Translations under genes and position numbers: made by a program | Notes under the pieces: model-generated | Told to the model about the DNA's origin: nothing | What the model saw: the letters and a program-made list of their open reading frames with translations, nothing else | Database searches by the model: none | Assembly: GCA_934254925.1 (NCBI GenBank) | Contig: CAKQMD010000004.1 | Location: 18,664-82,663 of the forward strand | Source: an uncultured Alphaproteobacteria bacterium | Lineage (GTDB): Bacteria > Pseudomonadota > Alphaproteobacteria > RF32 > CAG-239 | Direction: 5' to 3' | DNA length: 64,000 bases | In this document: positions 57,464-64,000 of the stretch, one piece after another | Layout of the letters: each line of letters begins with the position of its first letter | Numbering within the stretch: position 1 is the stretch's first letter

Positions 57464-59818
57464 TTAGAATTTGTACTTTGCGTTCAGCAAACCGGTATGA
57501 TCCTGATAATCTTCGCGGAATTTTCCTTCATATCCGAGGGAAAGTTCAACATCGTCATTCACATCTGCCGTAATACCGGCACCGGCTTCAAAGCCGAGAC
57601 GCTTCAGAGCGCGGCCTTCGACATTGTAAACCGAGCCGTTGGCCAAGCTGACCACAGAGCTGCCGGCATCGTTCTTCATATCATAGGTCATTGCCACTCT
57701 GATTTCCGGACGCAGATTCATACCGTTTTCCAGAGCAAAGTCTTTGGTTGCCTTGGCTCCGATAATACCGGTCAGGAGATCGGCATTATTCTGGGAAACG
57801 GTCTGGCCGAGAGAATCCGTGTAACCGTCCTGTTTGGCATGGATGTAACGCAATCCTGCTTCAGGCGTTAAGATATAACCGTTGACATTAAAGTCATAAC
57901 CGGTCATCGCCTGCAATGCAAAGGAATCAACGTTGTATTTGGCATGATTGCCGTCATATTTGTTTTCTTTGTAATCTCCCCAGCTGTAAGAGGCAATACC
58001 GTTAACAAACCAAGCAGAGGGCTTATATTCACCATAGACGAAAGCCGTATTGGTATCAACGTCGGTTTTGCGCATCAGGCCTTTGATATCGCCGCTGGTG
58101 TAGGCATAACCGGCACCAACTTTGACGTCATCAGCGGCATAGGTTTCGCCGCCGAGGGCAATACCGGCGGAATTGCTCTTGAAACCGGCTCCTTTCGAGG
58201 TGTCGTCAAGTTTGGCCTTGTTAATCAAACCCTGGACCCAAACGGCGCCGCGTTCAAACATGCTATCACCAGAGGCAGCCCCTTCGGCCGAACCGGAGAT
58301 TGCACCGCCGCTCAGACGCGTGCTGACGGCATTGAAAATTTGATTGGTGTGTTCTGTTACCTGAGCCTGAGTCATCGGTGCGGCTTCCGGCGCAACGGCA
58401 GAAGCGATGTCAGCTGCAGCCTTAACGTTATCTGTTTGCAGCAAACCGGACATAGTCGTTGCCACATTGTCAGCCGCCTGATTGTTCAGGTTTCCGGCCG
58501 TGAAAGCCGCCAGCGTTCCGGCCTGAGAAGCCGTCGCCTGACCGGTGGCCGCAACGTCAGCCGCAACGGCGTCGGCTGCTTTTTTGACAACTTCCAATTC
58601 GCCGCCGCTGTAGGCTTTGGTTTCAGCGTCATAGGCGTCGCCGCCGTAGGTGTACAGCAGGTTGTCGGCCAAAATCAGCTTACCGTTGGTATCCGTTACG
58701 GAATCGGCCGCGGTAATTTTTGAATCTTCTCCAACGACAACGTCATCGGAAAGGACGATTTTCAAAGTGGCGTCACCGGTGGCTTCGGCCGAACCGACCG
58801 TTACGCTTCCGAGATTGCCGGAAACAAAGTCTTTGTCCACGTGAACATTGGCAGAAGTTCCCGCCGCCAGAGTGGTCGAGCCGATCGTTGCGCCGCTCAT
58901 AACGTCAAGGCTGCCGCCTTTATGAGTCAAAGAAGTGATTGTACCGTTGTTGACCAAGCTACCGCTGTTGATTACGGTTGTTCCGAGCGTTATGTCTTTG
59001 GCAATGTTAACGGTGCCGGTGTTGGTCAGGTCAGCGCTGCCGTCAACATTGGCGTTGACGTTCAGTGTTCCATTATTGGCAACTGCTTTGTTGTTAAACG
59101 TGGTTTCGTTTTCAATGCTCAAATTACCATTGGCAACGACGTCTCCATCTCCGGAAATCGTCAGCTTCGAACCTTCCAAACCGCTGATTCGGCCGGTGCC
59201 GTTAAAAGTGACGGTTTTGTCCTCCGACGTTTGCAACTCACTTGTAGCGTTCCAAATGCTGATCCGGCCGTCGTCAAAAGTCAGGTTTCCCACGGTCAAA
59301 GGTTTGTTGCCAAGGACCAAAGCACCGTCGGAAGCTCCTTCATTGGCGGTATTGTTCTTGTTGGAAATGGTCAAGTCCAATTTGCTCAAATCATATTGCG
59401 CATCAGGAGAAACTGTCAAATATCCGTTAACACGAAGAGAGGCACCTTCTTCGGCGTCGATGGTCGGCGCATTGTTGGCTTCAAGGGTCAATTGATCGTT
59501 AATGGTATTGCTGCCTTTGAAAGTAATGGTACCGACTTCGGTAAACAAGCCGCCGATCGCTACGCGGGAAGCCGTTTCTTCCGGGCCGACGCGCGGCAGA
59601 GAAATGTTAGCATTTTCAATAGTCATGCCGGTATCACCGGGGTTAAGCACGATGTGGGAATTGCTTCCGCCATCTTTAGTCACTGTTCCGCTCAAAACAC
59701 CGCCGGTATAGACAGTCATATTCCCCTCTTGGGTGACGACGGGCGCTTCGGCCATAGCCGGAGCCGCCGTCAGCAAAACGGCAAAGGAGCTGGAGATTAA
59801 CAAAGTATTTTTCATCAA
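57464..59818 (-). CDS. Autotransporter outer membrane protein, 784 aa
   Basis: Signal peptide MMKNTLLISSSFAVLLTAAPAMA, G/T/N-rich passenger, C-terminal barrel ending ...LLNAKYKF. Confidence 0.8.
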   Translation of the reverse strand: MMKNTLLISSSFAVLLTAAPAMAEAPVVTQEGNMTVYTGGVLSGTVTKDGGSNSHIVLNPGDTGMTIENANISLPRVGPEETASRVAIGGLFTEVGTITFKGSNTINDQLTLEANNAPTIDAEEGASLRVNGYLTVSPDAQYDLSKLDLTISNKNNTANEGASDGALVLGNKPLTVGNLTFDDGRISIWNATSELQTSEDKTVTFNGTGRISGLEGSKLTISGDGDVVANGNLSIENETTFNNKAVANNGTLNVNANVDGSADLTNTGTVNIAKDITLGTTVINSGSLVNNGTITSLTHKGGSLDVMSGATIGSTTLAAGTSANVHVDKDFVSGNLGSVTVGSAEATGDATLKIVLSDDVVVGEDSKITAADSVTDTNGKLILADNLLYTYGGDAYDAETKAYSGGELEVVKKAADAVAADVAATGQATASQAGTLAAFTAGNLNNQAADNVATTMSGLLQTDNVKAAADIASAVAPEAAPMTQAQVTEHTNQIFNAVSTRLSGGAISGSAEGAASGDSMFERGAVWVQGLINKAKLDDTSKGAGFKSNSAGIALGGETYAADDVKVGAGYAYTSGDIKGLMRKTDVDTNTAFVYGEYKPSAWFVNGIASYSWGDYKENKYDGNHAKYNVDSFALQAMTGYDFNVNGYILTPEAGLRYIHAKQDGYTDSLGQTVSQNNADLLTGIIGAKATKDFALENGMNLRPEIRVAMTYDMKNDAGSSVVSLANGSVYNVEGRALKRLGFEAGAGITADVNDDVELSLGYEGKFREDYQDHTGLLNAKYKF

Positions 59819-60084
59819 TATTTATCCCATATAGTTATTGTTAGCGTATCTGATAATTCCCTGTAAAAACAGAAAACATCATTGTAAAATAGTATTGTCC
59901 TACCATTTCAATCAAGAAGTTTAGAAAGGAAAAATTTATAATCAATTAAAAAAGGCGATTTTGCCAAAAAATATTATTTTTATAATACGTCGTATTGACA
60001 CGATATGGAAATTTTTGTCATACAAGTTCTTATGACTTTGCGAGTCATTCCTTGCTTACCATAGTTATGAGGCTTGACAAAATT

Positions 60085-60687
60085 CTAGCTCTGTCTTTTG
60101 CTGACAAAGGGATTGTTTTTAAGGGTAAAACGCCAAAGATTTTTTGAATCGGGGCCGGCATAGTCGATGCCGATGCGCTTGGACGCCTGAGTTTCATAAT
60201 TCTTTTGCCGCGGCGAAAGCCAGATTTCCGGCCCACTCAAATCAATTCCGTCATGACGCTGCCGGGTAATTCCCAGAGCCTGGCAGAGTTTTCCCGGTCC
60301 GGTCGTCAGGTTTTTGAGATTATCCGTCACGCGTCTTTCCTGCATGACGGGAATCCCGGCTACGGGTTCCAGCGCCCGAATCAAAATCGCATTCGGCGTC
60401 CCCTCCTCGCTGACGACGACATTAAATTGATGATACATACCGTATACAAAGAAGACATACGCGCAACCGCCGGCTTTAAACATGGTTGAAGTTCTTGGCG
60501 TTAATTTGTTGGGATAAGCATGACAGGCGCGGTCGCAGGCACCGAGGTAAACCTCCAACTCGGTGATCATTCCCGCGGTAAAATTCTCGTCTACCATGGA
60601 GCAAAGATAAGCGCCGAGCAGATGTTCGCGGGCAATTTCAAAAGGATCCAGCAGATAAGTTTGCTTGGGGAGTCTGGTTTCAAACAT
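60085..60687 (-). CDS. mpg: DNA-3-methyladenine glycosylase (Mpg/AAG family)
   Basis: AAG-family fold motifs (LLGAYLC, GRIVETEAY-like ITELEVYLGACDRACHAY). ATG 60687 with AGGA 8 nt upstream. Confidence 0.75.
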   Translation of the reverse strand: MFETRLPKQTYLLDPFEIAREHLLGAYLCSMVDENFTAGMITELEVYLGACDRACHAYPNKLTPRTSTMFKAGGCAYVFFVYGMYHQFNVVVSEEGTPNAILIRALEPVAGIPVMQERRVTDNLKNLTTGPGKLCQALGITRQRHDGIDLSGPEIWLSPRQKNYETQASKRIGIDYAGPDSKNLWRFTLKNNPFVSKRQS

Positions 60688-60826
60688 CAATTTTGTCCTA
60701 AAAAGCTTTTCAGCATTTTTAGGCAATAATCACATCGGTGTCAATTTATTTAATTTCAAGGCTTGTCAAAGGCGGTAAAATGCGTTAGTTTTAGTTGGAT
60801 TTAAGCGTTTAAGTTGAGAAAAAACA

Positions 60827-61486
60827 ATGAACATGACCGGACAAAGCCTCAGATCCTATACGCCGCAGGAAGAGATTTGGAACTGCACCATTCACGGAAT
60901 CGGCATTGCGTTGAGTATTGCGGCATTGATTGTTCTGGTGACTTTTTCCGTCGCTCACGGCAACGCCTGGACGGTGGTTTCGACGGCAATTTTCGGAATT
61001 TCCATGATTTTGCTTTATTCGGCGTCCACGTTATATCATGCGGTGCCGGCTCAAGAGCTGAAGAAAAAGCTCAAAAAATTTGACCATATCTCCATTTATT
61101 ATCTGATTGCCGGAAGTTACACGCCCTTTTTGCTGGTTTCTCTGCGCGGCCCCACAGGTTGGGTAATTTTCGGCATTGTTTGGGGATTGGCGTTGATCGG
61201 CACTTGTCTTAAACTTTTTCTGCAAAGCAGCGGCACAAAGCTTTGGTCCATCGGCCTTTATCTGACCATGGGCTGGATGATTGTTTTCGCCTCAAAGCAA
61301 CTGGTTAAGGAATTGCCGCAGATCGGCCTTACCTTTCTTATCCTCGGCGGTTTGTTCTATACGCTGGGTATTTTCTTTTATGTTTGGAAAAGCAGGCAAT
61401 ATACCCACGCCATTTGGCACTTTTTTGTTTTGATGGGCACGATCATGCATTTTTTTGCGGTTCTTTATTCCTGCGTGTTGATTTGA
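60827..61486 (+). CDS. Hemolysin III family (PAQR) membrane protein
   Basis: 219 aa, 7 TM, conserved His in TM2/TM7 (NCTIHGIG...HAIWHFFV). Confidence 0.8.
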   Translation: MNMTGQSLRSYTPQEEIWNCTIHGIGIALSIAALIVLVTFSVAHGNAWTVVSTAIFGISMILLYSASTLYHAVPAQELKKKLKKFDHISIYYLIAGSYTPFLLVSLRGPTGWVIFGIVWGLALIGTCLKLFLQSSGTKLWSIGLYLTMGWMIVFASKQLVKELPQIGLTFLILGGLFYTLGIFFYVWKSRQYTHAIWHFFVLMGTIMHFFAVLYSCVLI

Positions 61487-61562
61487 GTGGCACAAAAGCA
61501 TACAACAAGCCGCCGATCACGACCATAACCTTAACAAATCCCATGGCTTTCTCCTTTGCGGT

Positions 61563-61931
61563 TTAGACGCAGTCGTCGCCGTTAAACGAAACGTCGGTGA
61601 TTGTTCCGTCGCTGACGGTAAACAAGGTTTTGCAATAATATAAACTACTGTAGGGATTGGCATCCGACGGCAGGTAATCCGGCGTGGCAATGGCCGGATA
61701 GTAAACCTCGGTGTCGGCATAAGGTTGCGTATTGCCGCCGACGGGCTTGTCTCCTACCTTAATGTAAGTATAGACTTCCTGTCCGGGAGCAATTTCAAAG
61801 ACATTATCCGGCTCGCCCCAGCTTTCTAGCAACAGGCTTTCGGGTTGCCCCACCCAATTTTGCACGCCTTGCGAATAAGTATTGGTAGAACTGCAGGCGG
61901 CAAGAAACAACAAAAAAGCCAAGCGGCGCAT
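61563..61931 (-). CDS. Hypothetical lipoprotein
   Basis: Signal peptide with lipobox LAACS; 122 aa. Confidence 0.5.
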   Translation of the reverse strand: MRRLAFLLFLAACSSTNTYSQGVQNWVGQPESLLLESWGEPDNVFEIAPGQEVYTYIKVGDKPVGGNTQPYADTEVYYPAIATPDYLPSDANPYSSLYYCKTLFTVSDGTITDVSFNGDDCV

Positions 61932-61985
61932 GAGGTTTTCTCCTTTAACATCTTGTGTTTAAAGAGATAATCCCTGATTGGAAAG

Positions 61986-63311
61986 TTACAAGTCGGCCAG
62001 GTGTTTCTTTAAACGAGAAAAATTTTCGGGAGAAATTTTGAGGCTTAAGAACAAGGTTTCACCTTGGAGCTTTTGTTGCAAAACTTCGGCATTTGCATGA
62101 ATCCAAGCGGCTAAACGGCCGTCAGAAGCAGGAATTTTCACTTTTTCCAGCAGAAAGGACGCCGCCAGGCAATCATCCAGTTTTTGCAAAAACTCGGCAC
62201 GCCCTTCTCCGCTGACTGCCGAGACCGGCAATAAACGCGGAAAACGCGCCGCCTGTTCCTCCCAATGGCGTCGCTGATCCGGCGGCAGCAAGTCAATTTT
62301 GTTAATCAGCTCCAGATAGTCGTCCCGGTCTTCCAGCCTTTCCAAACCGAGGCTGTTTAAGACGTTGATGACATCTCGGCGCTGGCTTTTGTTGTCAGGA
62401 TTGGAAATATCGCGCACATGAACAATAACGTTGGCGGCAAGAACCTCCTCCAAAGTGGCACGAAAGGCCATTACCAATTCATGCGGCAGATCCGAAATGA
62501 AGCCGACGGTATCCGACAAGATGACCTCCCTGCCCGACGGCAGACGGATTTTGCGCATGGAGGGATCCAAGGTGGCAAAAAGCATGTCTTCCGCCAAAAC
62601 GCCAGCCTGTGTCAAAAGGTTAAACCAAGTGGACTTTCCGGCATTGGTATAACCGACCAACGCTACGACCGGATAAGGGATCCTTTCGCGGGCATGACGC
62701 TGCAGACTGCGGGTTTTGCGGACTTTTTCCAATTCCTTTTTGATTTTGACGATCTTGTCGTCAATAATGCGGCGGTCCAATTCGATTTGGGTTTCGCCGG
62801 GGCCTCCCAAAAACCCGGCGCCGCCGCGTTGACGCTCCAAATGCGTCCAACTGCGCACCAAACGGCTGCGCTGATAAGTCAAATGCGCCAATTCGACCTG
62901 CAGCTTTCCTTCGCGGGTTTGAGCCCTTTCGCCAAAAATTTCCAGGATCAGCGCTGTGCGGTCAATGACCTTCAGGCCGAGTTTGTTCTCCAAAGTGCGT
63001 TGTTGAACTGACGTCAGAGCTGAATCGACAATTAACAGGTCGATCTCCCGTTCCGCGGCAACCGCCGCCAGTTTGTCGATAATTCCCTGTCCAAGAAAGG
63101 AAGCCGGGCGAACGGTCCGCAGTTTGACGATTTCTTGATGGACAACGTCAAGATCTATCGCCATGGCCAACCCGACGGCCTCCTCCAGGCGCGCAACGGG
63201 TGACAACTCAAGATTGCGGCCAGCCACCTCAGGAAAAACAACGGCCGCCTTGGCCCGACGTTTCTTATTAATCTCTATTGCCGTCACCTTGATCTTCTTC
63301 AATGGCGACAT
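61986..63311 (-). CDS. hflX: GTPase HflX; the start may lie downstream of 63311
   Basis: [13 protein letters not shown]1 motif, DTVGF, NKID. The ORF as drawn overlaps hfq by 44 nt, so the real start is probably internal. Confidence 0.85.
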   Translation of the reverse strand: MSPLKKIKVTAIEINKKRRAKAAVVFPEVAGRNLELSPVARLEEAVGLAMAIDLDVVHQEIVKLRTVRPASFLGQGIIDKLAAVAAEREIDLLIVDSALTSVQQRTLENKLGLKVIDRTALILEIFGERAQTREGKLQVELAHLTYQRSRLVRSWTHLERQRGGAGFLGGPGETQIELDRRIIDDKIVKIKKELEKVRKTRSLQRHARERIPYPVVALVGYTNAGKSTWFNLLTQAGVLAEDMLFATLDPSMRKIRLPSGREVILSDTVGFISDLPHELVMAFRATLEEVLAANVIVHVRDISNPDNKSQRRDVINVLNSLGLERLEDRDDYLELINKIDLLPPDQRRHWEEQAARFPRLLPVSAVSGEGRAEFLQKLDDCLAASFLLEKVKIPASDGRLAAWIHANAEVLQQKLQGETLFLSLKISPENFSRLKKHLADL

Positions 63312-63513
63312 CTACCGCCGATCCGGGCATAATGGTCGAAACCGCGTGTTTATAAATCAGCTGGGTGTGGCCGTCGCGCCGCAACAAAAGCGAAAAATTG
63401 TCAAACCAAGTGATGATGCCCTGAAGCTTGACCCCGTTTACCAGAAAGACCGTTACCGAAATTTTGTTTTGTTTGATGTTATTAAGAAAATCTTCCTGAA
63501 CATTTTGTGACAT
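63268..63513 (-). CDS. hfq: RNA chaperone Hfq
   Basis: Sm motifs: [25 protein letters not shown] and [10 protein letters not shown]. Confidence 0.95.
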   Translation of the reverse strand: MSQNVQEDFLNNIKQNKISVTVFLVNGVKLQGIITWFDNFSLLLRRDGHTQLIYKHAVSTIMPGSAVDVAIEEDQGDGNRD

Positions 63514-63622
63514 GATTTTATCCTTTATAAGAGATTAAGTATTTAGAATTTAATACTATTTTTATATATTAGTAAAGTATTGATTGCAATAAGGGGATAA
63601 AATCCTGCAAAAGATCCGATTT

Positions 63623-64000
63623 TTAGGCGAAGATCCGTTCAATGCGTTTTACGGCTTTGGAATCAAGGTAAAGCACAATAACGTCGCCGGGAACAAGCCG
63701 TTGTTTTTCATCAGGAAAAGATATTTCTTCATCCCGCAAGCAGGCGCAGATTCGACAGCCTTCGGGGAGTTTGAGCTCGGCGGGAGACATGCCCTCGCCG
63801 ACGGTGTCTTCATCCAAACGGATCTCCCAAATCTCGGCAAGGCCGCGATTCAAAGAATAGGCCCGGATCATTGAGGTTTTGCGAATTTCCTTCAAAATTC
63901 CCGAAACTGTTACCGACGAGCGGTCAACCAAAATGCTGTCGCCAACATTGTCTACCAGATTGTTGTAAGACGGCGTATTGACTAAAGAAATGTTGGTTTT
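63623..64000 (-). CDS. trkA: TrkA-C domain C-terminal part of K+ transport protein TrkA; the 5' end lies outside the window
   Basis: TrkA_C-like ...LPEGCRICACLRDEEISFPDEKQRLVPGDVIVLY...; the trkA-hfq-hflX order is typical of alphaproteobacteria. Confidence 0.55.
   Translation of the reverse strand, partial: KTNISLVNTPSYNNLVDNVGDSILVDRSSVTVSGILKEIRKTSMIRAYSLNRGLAEIWEIRLDEDTVGEGMSPAELKLPEGCRICACLRDEEISFPDEKQRLVPGDVIVLYLDSKAVKRIERIFA

Noticed and set aside
57944-59800. Several plus-strand ORFs of 186-319 aa
   Set aside because: All lie antisense within the autotransporter gene 57464..59818, whose signal peptide and C-terminal barrel are unambiguous.
1-64000. Search for CRISPR arrays, rRNA operons and IS transposases
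   Set aside because: No regularly spaced direct repeats, no rRNA-like sequence and no DDE transposase or integrase ORF were seen. The tRNA-linked direct repeats are single duplications, not arrays.

Overview
This 64-kb window looks like a chromosomal segment from an alphaproteobacterium, on three grounds. The flagellin-like termini match Rhizobiales-type flagellins, the lon-hupB-tRNA-Val linkage is alphaproteobacterial, and a trkA-hfq-hflX linkage is present at the other end. By eye the GC content is near 47%. Both strands are densely coded.

Housekeeping content:
- a Kdo2-lipid A operon (DUF374-like acyltransferase, waaA, lpxK), led by a solitary FliN-like gene
- Lon protease and the HU DNA-binding protein
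- succinyl-CoA:3-ketoacid CoA-transferase subunits A and B
- a Sir2/CobB deacylase and proline iminopeptidase
- the YejEF ABC transporter genes and ribosomal protein S4
- a complete Rnf electron-transport operon with the FMN transferase ApbE and an RseC-like gene
- DsbD and a family-4 uracil-DNA glycosylase
- a peptidoglycan block of D-Ala-D-Ala carboxypeptidase, RlpA and lytic transglycosylase MltB
- thymidylate kinase, DNA polymerase III delta', TatD, HflX and Hfq
- four tRNAs: Val-TAC, Lys-CTT, Ser-GCT and Ser-TGA

Accessory and unusual content:
- a 693-aa giant flagellin-like protein whose roughly 450-aa central insert holds beta-helix-like repeats and a DUF1566-like segment, wedged between lon and hupB
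- a Bacillus-type MotA/MotB stator pair
- two autotransporters and two tandem small outer-membrane beta-barrel paralogs
- a hexapeptide acetyltransferase gene interrupted at a G8 homopolymer, a phase-variation candidate
- an M48-like HExxH/ExxxD metalloprotease split across two overlapping ORFs
- a 775-aa polytopic membrane protein joined to yejEF with no yejAB
- a membrane-protein pair, possibly DUF2157 plus GDYXXLXY
- three of the four tRNA genes followed by repeat structures: a 77-bp palindromic element downstream of both tRNA-Val and tRNA-Ser(TGA), and 45-59-bp direct duplications of the tRNA 3' end at tRNA-Lys and tRNA-Ser(TGA) that look like integration scars

No rRNA genes, CRISPR arrays or intact transposases were seen.
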